A stretch of 61,251 nucleotides of DNA, counting the filler. It is 6 parts of 6 records of this genome, joined end to end, with 100 filler letters (N's around TTAATTAATTAA, not from the genome) between each part and the next. Parts side by side here need not be neighbours in the genome. Positions count along the whole stretch, not along the records: positions 41,463 to 50,745 come from SRR31156797_8213; positions 50,846 to 56,064 come from SRR31156797_8219; positions 56,165 to 61,251 come from SRR31156797_8230; 3 more parts are not named here. One strand, given 5' to 3'. Below, in pieces: positions 49,612 through 60,033 of the stretch. Position numbers and translations under genes: made by a program. The notes under the pieces were generated by a model. It had not been told where the DNA came from, searched no databases, and saw only the letters and a list, made by a program, of their open reading frames with translations. Every line of letters starts with the position of its first letter. Within the stretch, counting starts at the first letter, position 1.

Positions 49612-49770
49612 ATGGAAAATTTAAAAGAAAGAGATATAAAATATTTAAGAGAAACTTTTGATATGTTTCCTGAGATAGATAAATTTATAATATTCGGAAG
49701 TCGAGCAATGGGAAACTACAAACAAGGGTCAGATATTGATTTAGTTAAAGAGAGATTAGGTCTTAGATGA
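49612..49770 (+). pseudogene. Truncated minimal nucleotidyltransferase (MNT/MntA-like antitoxin)
   Basis: MENLKERDIKYL...IIFGSRAMGNYKQGSDIDLV runs into hairpin B and stops at 52 aa; GGAGG RBS. Confidence 0.7.
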
Positions 49771-49859
49771 TTAATCTCTCTTTTTAGTTTAGAAAATTAT
49801 ATGATACAATAATACAAAAGCAAGAAATATTAAAGCCTTTAAATTATAATTAAGGAGAA

Positions 49860-50600
49860 ATGATCATGGATTTCAAAAAAATAGATGAATTAAAAGAAAA
49901 ATTAGATGAACATAGACCGCTTCCAAAAGAATCTTTGCGTAGTCTTCATGAAGATCTTGTGTTGAGATGGATATATAACTCAAATGCAATTGAAGGAAAT
50001 ACGCTGACTTTAATAGAAACTAAAGTAGCCCTAGAAGGTATTACTATTGGTGGAAAAACATTGAGAGAACATTTTGAAGTAATTAATCATAGAGAAGCTA
50101 TCCTGTATGTTGAAGAACTAGTTAAGAAAAATGAACTTCTTACAGAATGGGATATTAAGTCTATACATAGACTAGTTCTAAAGAATATAAATGATGAGAA
50201 CAGTGGAAAATATAGAAATGTAAATGTAATTATATCGGGAGCCGAGCATGAACCACCACATTTTCTAAAGCTTGATGAAGAAATGAGAAATTTAATAACT
50301 TGGTATGAAAACGAAGCAGTAAATATGCATCCTGTAGAAAGAGCAGCTAGAGTACATAGTGATTTTGTAAAGATTCATCCATTTGTTGATGGTAATGGAA
50401 GAACCTCACGGCTATTAATGAATTTAGAGTTGATGAAAAGTGGATATCCAGCAGCAATTATTAAAGTAGAAGATAGACTTGATTACTACAAAGCATTAGA
50501 TTTAGCTAATACTAAAGGAGATTATCAACCATTTTTAGAGTTAATATCAAAAGTGGTAGAAGATAGTTTTGATAAGTATTTTTATATAATAGGAGAATAA
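49860..50600 (+). CDS. Fic family protein (class II, autoinhibitory motif N-terminal)
   Basis: HPFVDGNGRTSR catalytic motif; SNAIEGN inhibitory motif. Confidence 0.92.
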   Translation: MIMDFKKIDELKEKLDEHRPLPKESLRSLHEDLVLRWIYNSNAIEGNTLTLIETKVALEGITIGGKTLREHFEVINHREAILYVEELVKKNELLTEWDIKSIHRLVLKNINDENSGKYRNVNVIISGAEHEPPHFLKLDEEMRNLITWYENEAVNMHPVERAARVHSDFVKIHPFVDGNGRTSRLLMNLELMKSGYPAAIIKVEDRLDYYKALDLANTKGDYQPFLELISKVVEDSFDKYFYIIGE

Positions 50601-50607
50601 ATTAGTG

Positions 50608-50646
50608 AGAGCTTAAGACTGTAAATGGTCTTAAGCTCTTTTTTTC
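50608..50646 (+). terminator. Hairpin family B, copy 3; terminator of the Fic gene
   Basis: AGAGCTTAAGAC-tgtaaatg-GTCTTAAGCTCT plus T-run. Confidence 0.75.
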
Positions 50647-50845
50647 AATTATCCTATATTTAAGTTATAATTTGACTATAGAACTTAACCTTTTATAAAA
50701 ACATAAACATTCTCTTTTGAGTTCTCAGAAGAAAATTTATATCCANNNNNNNNNNNNNNNNNNNNNNNNNNNNNNNNNNNNNNNNNNNNTTAATTAATTA
50801 ANNNNNNNNNNNNNNNNNNNNNNNNNNNNNNNNNNNNNNNNNNNN

Positions 50846-50947
50846 TCTACAAGGTCCACACCATGGAGCCCAGAAGTCTACTAAAGATACACCTTCGTTT
50901 ACTGTTGCTTCAAAATTATCATTTGTTAATTCAATATATTTACCCAT
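50846..50947 (-). CDS. trxA: Thioredoxin, N-terminal part
   Basis: [34 protein letters not shown]. Confidence 0.93.
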
Positions 50948-51071
50948 TTAATTATCCTTTTTTTTATTTTAATTGTTGTATATTAACTTATTAGTTGACA
51001 ATTGTCAAGTATATACCGAATAGTAATATAGGCACTTTTTGGTAACTATAAACACTATAAAAGGCTTGATT

Positions 51072-51428
51072 ATGGAAGCAAAAAACTACAACTGTTTTTT
51101 TCAATTAGCAACAGATATGATTGGTGGAAAATGGAAAGCGATGGTTCTTTGGGCACTAAAAAAAGGTGTAAAAAGAAATGGTGAATTAAAAAAGCTAATT
51201 CCACAAATTAGCCAAAAGATGCTAACTCAACAACTAAGAGAACTGGAAGAAGTTGGTATTGTTGAAAGAATAGCATATCCAGTTATTCCCCCAAAAGTTG
51301 AATATAAACTAACTAAAAATGGAGAAAAACTTATTCCTATTTTACAAGAGTTACATGATTGGGGAAAAGAGTATGCAAAAGAGCATGATATAGCTATTAC
51401 AAAAGATGCAAATTGTGTGATTGAATAA
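51072..51428 (+). CDS. HxlR-family winged-helix regulator
   Basis: C...ATDMIGGKWK, ISQKMLTQQLRELE, PPKVEYKLT. Confidence 0.9.
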   Translation: MEAKNYNCFFQLATDMIGGKWKAMVLWALKKGVKRNGELKKLIPQISQKMLTQQLRELEEVGIVERIAYPVIPPKVEYKLTKNGEKLIPILQELHDWGKEYAKEHDIAITKDANCVIE

Positions 51429-51443
51429 CCACACAATTTAATA

Positions 51444-52418
51444 TTAAATCTTAACTAAGTATCTTCCCACTGCTTTTCCAGCTAATAGTTTTTCATATGC
51501 TTCTTTTACTTCATCTAAAGAGATTTGTGTAGTTAACTCTTCTAAAGTATCAATTGCAAAATCAGAAGCTAACTTTTCCCAAGCAGCTCTTTTCTTCTCA
51601 ACTTTACACTCAACAGAATCAATACCAACTAATCTTACACCTCTTAAAATAAATGGAAATACATTTGTTGGTAATTCATGAGATGAAGTTAATCCACAAC
51701 AAGTTGCTACTCCATCATATTTTACTACTTTTAATGCTTCCGCTAAGATATTTCCACCAACAGTATCTATTACACCATCATACTTTTCACTTCCCATTGG
51801 TCTTTTATTTTCAATATCAAAATCAGCTCTTAAGATAACCTCTTTAGCCCCTAAATCTTTTAAGAAAGGAATCTTATCTTCTTTTCCAGAAATAGCAGTT
51901 ACGCAAAATCCAAGCTTACTTAAAATAGCAACAGCAATACTTCCAACTCCACCTGTTGCTCCTGTAACAAGTACTTCTCCACTTGTAATACCATTGTTTA
52001 AAAGCTCATTTACACTTAAAGCAGCTGTTAAACCTGCTGTTCCATAAGTCATAATTTCTCTATCAGAAATACCCTCTGGAATAGTAACCACCCATGAAGC
52101 TGGTACCCTTACATATTCACTATGTCCACCATCTGTATTCATACCTAAATCATATCCTGTCACAAGAACTTTTTGCCCTACTTCAAAATCTGAACTTGTT
52201 GACTTTTCTACAGTTCCAGCCACATCTATTCCAGTTACATGAGGAAATACTCTTGTAACTCCAGGATTGCCAACTGAACTTAGGGCATCTTTATAGTTTA
52301 AAGATGAGTACGTTGCTTTAATTAATACTTCATTCTCTTCTAATGTTGGAACTTCAATATCTTGAACTCCACAATAAAATTTTTTGTCTTCTATTTTTTC
52401 TACTACGAATGCTTTCAT
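51444..52418 (-). CDS. YhdH/AcuI family quinone oxidoreductase (acryloyl-CoA reductase-like)
   Basis: YSSLNYKDAL, GIDVAG, VTGATGGVGS, FPFILRGVRLVGIDSV. Confidence 0.9.
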   Translation of the reverse strand: MKAFVVEKIEDKKFYCGVQDIEVPTLEENEVLIKATYSSLNYKDALSSVGNPGVTRVFPHVTGIDVAGTVEKSTSSDFEVGQKVLVTGYDLGMNTDGGHSEYVRVPASWVVTIPEGISDREIMTYGTAGLTAALSVNELLNNGITSGEVLVTGATGGVGSIAVAILSKLGFCVTAISGKEDKIPFLKDLGAKEVILRADFDIENKRPMGSEKYDGVIDTVGGNILAEALKVVKYDGVATCCGLTSSHELPTNVFPFILRGVRLVGIDSVECKVEKKRAAWEKLASDFAIDTLEELTTQISLDEVKEAYEKLLAGKAVGRYLVKI

Positions 52419-52551
52419 GAATTATCCTTTGCTATTCTTGTATATTTGTTTTATATTAAAACTTTAGCTAAAATTAGACAAAGAGACAAGAACTAACTAA
52501 AAAGAAATGTACTATCTAAAAAGATAGTTAAGTGAAATAAAGGTATCTACA

Positions 52552-52896
52552 ATGAATAAAAAAATTAAAGAATTAGAAGAAGATATTGAAAAGTGTCCAG
52601 TAGAAACTGCACTTGATGTACTTGCTGGTAAATGGAAAATATTGATTTTATGGTATTTAAGACGAGATACCCTAAGATTTAGTGAGCTTCAAAAGATGCT
52701 TCCAAGAACAACAGAAAAGATGTTAATACAAAAACTAAGAGAACTAGAAAAAGATAATATTGTCCATAGAGAAGTATATCCTGTAGTTCCACCAAAAGTA
52801 GAATATAGTTTAACACCTTATGGGGAGAGCTTAAAGCCTATATTAAAACAGCTATACCTTTGGGGTGAAGTTCATAAAGAGAAGTTTGATAAATAA
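52552..52896 (+). CDS. HxlR-family winged-helix regulator, divergent from the reductase
   Basis: [30 protein letters not shown]. Confidence 0.9.
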   Translation: MNKKIKELEEDIEKCPVETALDVLAGKWKILILWYLRRDTLRFSELQKMLPRTTEKMLIQKLRELEKDNIVHREVYPVVPPKVEYSLTPYGESLKPILKQLYLWGEVHKEKFDK

Positions 52897-53721
52897 ATGA
52901 AATCTTTCTTTCTATTTTTATTTGTAGTTTTATTTTTTTCTGCTTGTTCTTCTATTCCAACAGTACAAGAAAGAATAACTACTTCAAATGAACTTATAAA
53001 AAAAAGGTACATCAAAAAAGAGGTACTTCATACAAAAGCCTTCTCTTTATACTCTTTACAAAAAGTTTCTTCATGCAATACTTTAAGAGTATATATTGAA
53101 GGAGATGGTTTATCATGGGTAAGTAGAACAAGAGTTTCTAATAACCCTACTCCTATAAACCCTCTAGCTATGAAGCTATTTTTAAAAGATAAAAGCTCTT
53201 GTAAAATCTACTTAGCACGACCTTGTCAATATACAAATGATAATAACTGTGAGAAAAAATACTGGACTTCACATAGATACTCAAAGGAAGTGTTAAGTTC
53301 TTATTTAAATGCCTTAGATTTATTAAAAGAAAAGTTTGCAAATAAAGATTTTGAGGTTATAGGATATTCTGGTGGAGGAGCAGTTGCATCTTTACTAAGT
53401 GCAAAAAGAGATGACATAAGTTTTTTAGTAACAGTTGCTGGAAACTTAGACCACAAATACTGGACTCAAAGACACAATATAAGCTCTTTATATGGTTCTT
53501 TAAATCCACCAAGCTTTGCTAAAGAGTTACAGAATATAAAGCAAGTTCATTTAATAGGAGAGAAAGATAGAGTTATTGATAAATCAATTTTTAATTCTTA
53601 TAACTCTTATTTTAAAGATACTTCAAATATTAGATATGTTGTTTTAGAAGAGTTTACTCATCAAAAAGGATGGGAAGAGAATTGGACAGAGATAATAGAT
53701 AAATATTATCATATGAAATAG
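52897..53721 (+). CDS. Alpha/beta hydrolase lipoprotein
   Basis: Lipobox FSAC, VYIEGDG, LARPCQY, GYSGGG nucleophile elbow, TVAGNLD. Confidence 0.8.
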   Translation: MKSFFLFLFVVLFFSACSSIPTVQERITTSNELIKKRYIKKEVLHTKAFSLYSLQKVSSCNTLRVYIEGDGLSWVSRTRVSNNPTPINPLAMKLFLKDKSSCKIYLARPCQYTNDNNCEKKYWTSHRYSKEVLSSYLNALDLLKEKFANKDFEVIGYSGGGAVASLLSAKRDDISFLVTVAGNLDHKYWTQRHNISSLYGSLNPPSFAKELQNIKQVHLIGEKDRVIDKSIFNSYNSYFKDTSNIRYVVLEEFTHQKGWEENWTEIIDKYYHMK

Positions 53722-53897
53722 AACTTATTTTAAAAAAAGTTATCAATGAAGAGACTCTACTTTCTCTAATCAAACTGTTTCAGTAAAACTTTCTTGGCAA
53801 TTTTAATATAAAAACTAAAATAATTATTTAATTATGACTTTCATTTGACTTTCACTTGTTAGAATATTTGAACATTCAATTAACAAGGGAAAGAATA

Positions 53898-56064
53898 ATG
53901 AAACGACTATGTGATTTTAGCTCACGATTTAGAATCCTAAAAGGTGGGAAGATAAGTTTAGTAGTAAGTGCTTTGCTTGGAACTACAACTTTATCTTTTG
54001 CAGCTCCATCGGGAGGTGTTGTAACTTCTGGTAGTGCAAATATCTCTTCGAGTGGTAATACTACAAATATCATTCAAAATACAAATAAAGTAACTATAAA
54101 CTGGGATAAGTTTAATATTGCTAAAGATGAAATAGTAAACTTCAAACAACCAAATGTAAATAGTATTGCTTTAAACAGAGTAGTAGGAAATGAAAAATCT
54201 ATTATCAATGGAGCACTAAATGCTAATGGTCAAGTTTGGATATTAAATTCAAATGGTGTTTTATTTGGTAAGAATGCTAAGATTAATACAGCTGGTCTTC
54301 TAGCAACTACAAAAAATCTTTCTGATAATGACTTTAATAGTGGTAACTATAACTTCAAAGGTTCTTCAACTGAATCTGTAATTAACCTTGGAGAAATAGA
54401 TATTTCTGATAGTGGATATGCAACTCTTTTAGCAAATACAGTTTCAAATGAAGGAACAATAAAAGCTGTACGTGGAAGTGTTAGACTAATTGGTGCAGAT
54501 GAAGTAAGTATTAATCTGAATGGTAACTCAATAGTAGACCTAACAGTAAATAAAGGAGTACTTAATTCACTAGTTGAAAATAAAGGAGCTATATATGCTG
54601 ATGGTGGAGAAATCTATTTAACAACAAATGCAGTAGATGAACTACTAAAAGGTGTTGTAAATAATGAAGGTATTATAGAAGCGAACTCTATTGATGGTGT
54701 AACTGGATTTGTTGAATTATTTGCCCATGGTGGTGAAGCTAAGATTGGTGGAACAATTACTGCTAAAGAAGGGTTTGTTGAAACTAGTGGAGATAAGGTA
54801 AAAATAAATGAGAACTTTAAAATAAATACAAATCAATGGCTAATTGATCCTGTAGACTTTACAATAGCATCTAGTGGTGGAGATATGACAGGAGCAACTC
54901 TTTCTTCAAATCTAGAATCTTCAAATATTGAAATCAAAAGTACTAATGGTACAACAGGAACAGATGGAAATATATATGTAAATGATACTATAACTTGGAC
55001 TGCAAATAATACTTTAACTTTAAATGCTTTAAATGATATTCAAATAAATGAAGATATTACTCATAATGGTACTTCTGCAGGAGGAATAATATTCCTATAT
55101 GGTCAAAAGGAAGAATACGGGGGTACTAGTTCTTATAGTATTTCGTCAGGGAAAAAAGTTTCTGCAAACTCTATTCAATGGAGAAAAGGGAGTAAAGAAA
55201 ATGCATTAAGATATGCAATTGTAGATAATAATATTTTTCTAGGTAATGAATATATTGAACTTGGAATTAATTATAGTGCAGGAGGAAAACTAGGGGCAAC
55301 TATTAAACCAAGTCTATTCTTTGGAAGACAAGGCTCACATAATGGAATTGGTATGATAGGTGATGCAGATGGTTTTGGAGACGGAAAAGATTTAAGAATT
55401 GATTACTTCTTACCAGGAACTCCAGCTGAATCTTTTGCTGCAAAATATGAAGAAAATGGTATTACAACTACTGGGCATAACTATGCAACAGCTGCAAATA
55501 ATTCACTATATGAAATCCTAGGAATAAATAGTAATGGTAAAATTGAAGCAAAAGTAACAACTACGCTAAATAATACTTTAAAAACAGAACAAACAATAAC
55601 ATTAGGACTAAATGAAATTTTCTTTGATAATAATATTACTCTTACAAACACGGGTTCTGCAAGCATTGATAATATAATATTCACAAGAAGTTTTGATCCA
55701 GATAATACTGCAGATATAGGTGGTTCTACTTCTACAAAACAAACTATAGATAGAACGATATTAGCAGGAGATAATGAAAATATAGTTAGTGCAAGTAGTT
55801 TAGCAAATGATGCATATGAAAACCTTGCTGGAAAACCTGCACAAATTTTTTACTCAAGTAGTGATAATAAATCAAAAGTAGGATTTGATGAAACTTCAAA
55901 TTATTTTTTTACTGGTTCAGATATAAATAATATGCTTTCTTTAGCGAATGGACAATCTAAAGGAGATACGATAACAAAAGATGGAGGTATTGGTATTATT
56001 TTTGAAGTAGGAACACTAAATGCTTCACAATCTAGTAGTTTCAATTATAAAACTTATTTATCAA
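53898..56064 (+). CDS. Filamentous haemagglutinin-type (TPS domain) exoprotein, cut at contig end
   Basis: FRILKGGKISLVVS extended leader, INWDKFNI, FKQPN, LNRVVG, NGQVWILNSNGVLFG, WLIDP. Confidence 0.88.
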
Positions 56065-56164
56065 NNNNNNNNNNNNNNNNNNNNNNNNNNNNNNNNNNNN
56101 NNNNNNNNTTAATTAATTAANNNNNNNNNNNNNNNNNNNNNNNNNNNNNNNNNNNNNNNNNNNN

Positions 56165-56242
56165 GCCGATACCAAAGATATAGGTCAGGGCTATTTCCAT
56201 TCTCTTTTTTCTTGGAATGTCAACTCCTGCTATACGAACCAA
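56165..56242 (-). CDS. rpsM: 30S ribosomal protein S13, N-terminal part
   Basis: TTG start; (M)VRIAGVDIPRKKRMEIALTYIFGIG. Confidence 0.92.
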
Positions 56243-56271
56243 TTGTCACCTCCTGGTCTTAGAAATATTTA

Positions 56272-56385
56272 TTATCCTTGTCTCTGTTTGTGTTTCGGGT
56301 TCTCACAGATAACTCTGACGATACCCTTTCTTCTGATTATTTTGCACTTTGGGCATATTTTCTTAACAGAAGCTCTTACTTTCAT
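56272..56385 (-). CDS. rpmJ: 50S ribosomal protein L36 (Zn-binding type)
   Basis: [37 protein letters not shown]; not in the ORF track. Confidence 0.96.
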   Translation of the reverse strand: MKVRASVKKICPKCKIIRRKGIVRVICENPKHKQRQG

Positions 56386-56394
56386 CTCTCTCTC

Positions 56395-56622
56395 CTATTT
56401 TTTTGCCTTCATTCTATGAACTATTCTACCTCTGGTAAGGTCGTATGGTGAAAGTTCAACCTGAACCGTATCACCTGGAAGTATTCTAATAAAATACTTT
56501 CTCATCTTACCTGAGATATGAGCCAAAACCTGATGTCCGTTCTCAAGTTCAACGCGGAACATTGCATTGGGCAACGTTTCACTTATTGTTCCTTCAACAA
56601 CAATTCCTTCTTCTTTCGCCAT
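56395..56622 (-). CDS. infA: Translation initiation factor IF-1
   Basis: [23 protein letters not shown]...[10 protein letters not shown]. Confidence 0.96.
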   Translation of the reverse strand: MAKEEGIVVEGTISETLPNAMFRVELENGHQVLAHISGKMRKYFIRILPGDTVQVELSPYDLTRGRIVHRMKAKK

Positions 56623-56801
56623 ATTACCTATCCTAAAACAAAAAAAACATTATGAATCTACACTCATAGCATAAAAATTCAAATAATTTCTCGATTTCAA
56701 ACCTAAGCCACTGTTTCTATTTGCATTTTCAAAACAGGCAACTTCTCTAAAAGTTAATGAAATATCATTTCCTACAGGTCTGACATCAAAAAACATTCCG
56801 A

Positions 56802-58118
56802 TCAACCTCTTCTGCTCTTAATCAATGAGCCCTTTCCGCCAATCGAAAAGCCTTCGTAGTTGTTGCTGATAAGGTAACTCTCGATCTGTGATGCCATATC
56901 CATAGCAACACCGACAACGATAAGTATGGAAGTACCACCCATATAGAATGGAAGTCCCATTTTGTTCCTTAAAAGATCCGGAAGCATACACACGGCGGAA
57001 AGATAGATCGCACCACCAAATGTAATTCTTGAAAGAACTGTGTTGATATAACCTACAGTTTCTTTTCCAGGTCTTATTCCCGGCACATAACCGCCCTGCT
57101 TGTTAAGATTCTCTGCAACATCTTCAGTCTTGAACTGAACAAAAGTATAGAAGTATGCAAAGAATATGATAAGCGCAAGATAAAGCATGTTATAAAGCCA
57201 GCCACCAGGTCTTAACCAAGCTTGCAAAGGTCCCATATCAAACTGAAAAAAGCTTGAGATCGTAGCTGGGAAAATAAGCAGAGCACTAGCAAAGATCGGA
57301 GGAATAACTCCAGCAGTATTTATCTTCAGAGGCAAATGAGAATTCTGTATCTTTCTTCCACCTGCAACTCTTCTAGCATATTGAATAGGGATCCTTCTTT
57401 GAGAGCTTTCAACGAAAACGATCAGTGCAAACGCTCCAACCATTACAACGAGAAAGATAATAAACTGGTGAGGCTGTATCATCTGCTCTTTAAGATATTT
57501 ACCCATCTGGAAAAACATTGTTGGAAAACGTGCAACAATAGAAGCAAAGATTATAAGGGAGATCCCGTTTCCAATGCCTCTTTCTGTTATCTGCTCTCCA
57601 AGCCACATAAGGAAAAGTGTTCCCGACATGAGCGTAACAACAGTCATAACCTTGAAGAATAGCCCAGGGTTATTTACGACAACTTCACCTGATGGTCCTG
57701 TAAGACTTTCAAGGAAGTTTGCCATCATAAGCCCCTGGAAAAGACAAAGAACAACAGTACCGTATCTGGTATACTGTGTTATTTTTCTCATTCCCTGGTC
57801 GCCTTCTTTTTGAAGCGCTCCTACTTGAGGAACAACAACAGCAAGCAATGACATTATGATCGACGCACTAATGTAGGGCATGATACCAAGAGCAAAGATC
57901 GAAAGTCTTTCAATAGCTCCACCTGCAAACATGTTAAAAAGACCAAGCAATGTGCCTGAACCTTTTGTTGACATGATCTTTTCCATTACAACTCTGTTTA
58001 CGCCGGGAGCTGTAACATAAATACCAAGTCTGTATACTGCAAGCATTAAGAGTGTAAAGACAACTCTCTCTCTAAGATCCGGAATCTTAAAAATATTTTT
58101 TATAACCTTACTTATCAA
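56802..58118 (-). CDS. secY: Preprotein translocase SecY
   Basis: SIFALGIMPYISASII, WLGEQITERGIGNGISL, GVIPPIFA, PGIRPG. Confidence 0.97.
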   Translation of the reverse strand: MISKVIKNIFKIPDLRERVVFTLLMLAVYRLGIYVTAPGVNRVVMEKIMSTKGSGTLLGLFNMFAGGAIERLSIFALGIMPYISASIIMSLLAVVVPQVGALQKEGDQGMRKITQYTRYGTVVLCLFQGLMMANFLESLTGPSGEVVVNNPGLFFKVMTVVTLMSGTLFLMWLGEQITERGIGNGISLIIFASIVARFPTMFFQMGKYLKEQMIQPHQFIIFLVVMVGAFALIVFVESSQRRIPIQYARRVAGGRKIQNSHLPLKINTAGVIPPIFASALLIFPATISSFFQFDMGPLQAWLRPGGWLYNMLYLALIIFFAYFYTFVQFKTEDVAENLNKQGGYVPGIRPGKETVGYINTVLSRITFGGAIYLSAVCMLPDLLRNKMGLPFYMGGTSILIVVGVAMDMASQIESYLISNNYEGFSIGGKGSLIKSRRG

Positions 58119-58557
58119 GACTAATCTCCTCTACCTTTCCACCGGATTTCTCTATGGATTCCTTAGCGCCGGCAGTAAACTTGTGTACTTTAACTGTAAG
58201 TGCTTTTGAAAGTTCGAACTTGCCAATGATCTTAACTGTTGGCTCGTTGCCTGAGTAAAGACCAACCTGTACAAGTTTATCAAGATCAACTACTGAATCT
58301 GCTTCGAATCTCTCCAGATAACGAATATTGATCTCACAAACGGCCTTTGCCCATTTATTAAAGAATCCTCTTTTAGGAATTCTTCTGTTGTAAGGCATTG
58401 TTCCACCTTCAAATCCTCTTCTAACACCACCGCCAGAACGGGATTTCTGTCCTTTATGTCCTTTAGCTGAGGTCTTTCCCCATCCACTGGCATCTCCTCT
58501 GCCGACTCTCTTTCTACCCTTTTGACCTTCGGGCTTTTTAAGCTTGTGAAGCTGCAT
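58108..58557 (-). CDS. rplO: 50S ribosomal protein L15
   Basis: RVGRG..SG.GKT...GHKGQKSRSG, GFEGG, PKRGF. Confidence 0.96.
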   Translation of the reverse strand: MQLHKLKKPEGQKGRKRVGRGDASGWGKTSAKGHKGQKSRSGGGVRRGFEGGTMPYNRRIPKRGFFNKWAKAVCEINIRYLERFEADSVVDLDKLVQVGLYSGNEPTVKIIGKFELSKALTVKVHKFTAGAKESIEKSGGKVEEISLDK

Positions 58558-58560
58558 ATC

Positions 58561-59085
58561 TTACTCCTTTTCACTCAACTGATAGTCTTTAACACCGACA
58601 TTTCTCTTGGCTTCCACATCACTAAGATCTTCTACTGAAAGAAGTCCGTTAAGTGTTGCTTTTGCCATGTTGTGCGGATTGTTGGATCCAATCGATTTTG
58701 AAAGGATATCTGTTATTCCCGCAGCTTCAAGTACGGCTCTTACAGCTGAACCGGCAATAACACCAGTACCGGCTGAAGCAGGTCTGAGAACAACTCTTCC
58801 AGCACCATAAACACCGATGATCTCATGAGGAACAGTTCCTCTGAGAAGTTTAACTTTTTGAACATTCTTTCTTGCTCTTGCAACGCCTTTTCTAATGGCT
58901 TCTGGAACTTCTCTTGCCTTACCAAGTCCGATTCCTACCTGACCTTTACCGTCGCCTACTACCATCAAAGCTGCAAAGCTGAAGTTTTTACCACCTTTAA
59001 CAACTTTTGCAACTCTGTTAACGTATATAAGTTTTTCCTGAAATTCCATCATTTCCGGATCAACTGTTTTATTGTTTTCTCTCAT
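58561..59085 (-). CDS. rpsE: 30S ribosomal protein S5
   Basis: [34 protein letters not shown]. Confidence 0.96.
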   Translation of the reverse strand: MRENNKTVDPEMMEFQEKLIYVNRVAKVVKGGKNFSFAALMVVGDGKGQVGIGLGKAREVPEAIRKGVARARKNVQKVKLLRGTVPHEIIGVYGAGRVVLRPASAGTGVIAGSAVRAVLEAAGITDILSKSIGSNNPHNMAKATLNGLLSVEDLSDVEAKRNVGVKDYQLSEKE

Positions 59086-59104
59086 CAGAAACTCCTAAGT
59101 TGTT

Positions 59105-59464
59105 CTAGAATTTAAGTCCACTCTTTCTGGCTGAATCTGCCAATGCCTTTAATCTGCCATGAAAAGGATAACCGTTTCTATCAAAACAAACAGTTTCAAC
59201 TCCCTTTTCCTTGCATTTCATTGCGATGGCTTCGCCAACTTTACCAGCAACGGCTTTCTTGTCACCTTCCGGCTTCTCAAAACCTTTGATCTTGGAAGAC
59301 GCTGATGCAAGAGTAACGCCAGCAACATCATCAATTACCTGTACATAGATGTGCTTGTTGCTTTTAAACACAGTCATTCTAGGACGTTCCTGATTTCCTG
59401 AAACATTCTTTCTGATGCTTCTTTTTCTTTTCAGACGTCTCTTTATCTTAATATCTGGTCTCAT
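59105..59464 (-). CDS. rplR: 50S ribosomal protein L18
   Basis: [30 protein letters not shown]. Confidence 0.96.
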   Translation of the reverse strand: MRPDIKIKRRLKRKRSIRKNVSGNQERPRMTVFKSNKHIYVQVIDDVAGVTLASASSKIKGFEKPEGDKKAVAGKVGEAIAMKCKEKGVETVCFDRNGYPFHGRLKALADSARKSGLKF

Positions 59465-59478
59465 TTCAACTCCTCCGA

Positions 59479-60021
59479 TTATTTACCAGCAGCCTTTCCT
59501 GCCTTTCTTCTAATACGCTCACCTTTGTAGAAAATTCCCTTTCCTTTATAAGGCTCAACCGGACGAAGCTTCTTGATCTTAGCAGCAAAGTCGCCTAAAA
59601 CTTCTTTGTCTGCAGATGTAAGGGTCAACTCATTATTAGTTTTGTTGACTTCAGCAGAAATCCCCTTAGGTAACTCCATCTCACACGGATGTGAAAAACC
59701 TAAAGAAAATCCAAGTTTGTTGCCCTTAAGCTCAAATTTATAACCGGTTCCCTTAACTTCGAGAATCTTGGTGAAACCCACTTCAACACCAACAACCATA
59801 TTGTTGATGAGCATTCTGAAAAGTCCGTGAAGACTTTTGCTTTCCTTGGTCTCATCCTGTCTTTTAACGTTGATAACTTTATCGTTGATCTCTACGTCAA
59901 TTTTAGGATGGATCGTTCTTTCCAATGTAGCCTTTGGACCTACAACAGTGATAACGCCATCTTTCAATGATATTTTCACTTTGTCTCCAAAAACAATTGG
60001 GGTATTTCCTATTCTAGACAC
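59479..60021 (-). CDS. rplF: 50S ribosomal protein L6
   Basis: [21 protein letters not shown]. Confidence 0.96.
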   Translation of the reverse strand: MSRIGNTPIVFGDKVKISLKDGVITVVGPKATLERTIHPKIDVEINDKVINVKRQDETKESKSLHGLFRMLINNMVVGVEVGFTKILEVKGTGYKFELKGNKLGFSLGFSHPCEMELPKGISAEVNKTNNELTLTSADKEVLGDFAAKIKKLRPVEPYKGKGIFYKGERIRRKAGKAAGK

Positions 60022-60033
60022 AATTTTCCTCCA

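Noticed and set aside
41578-50646. Hairpins as integron attC sites
   Set aside because: There are no RYYYAAC/GTTRRRY ends or extrahelical-base pattern and no intI. The stems are short, with T-runs like terminators.
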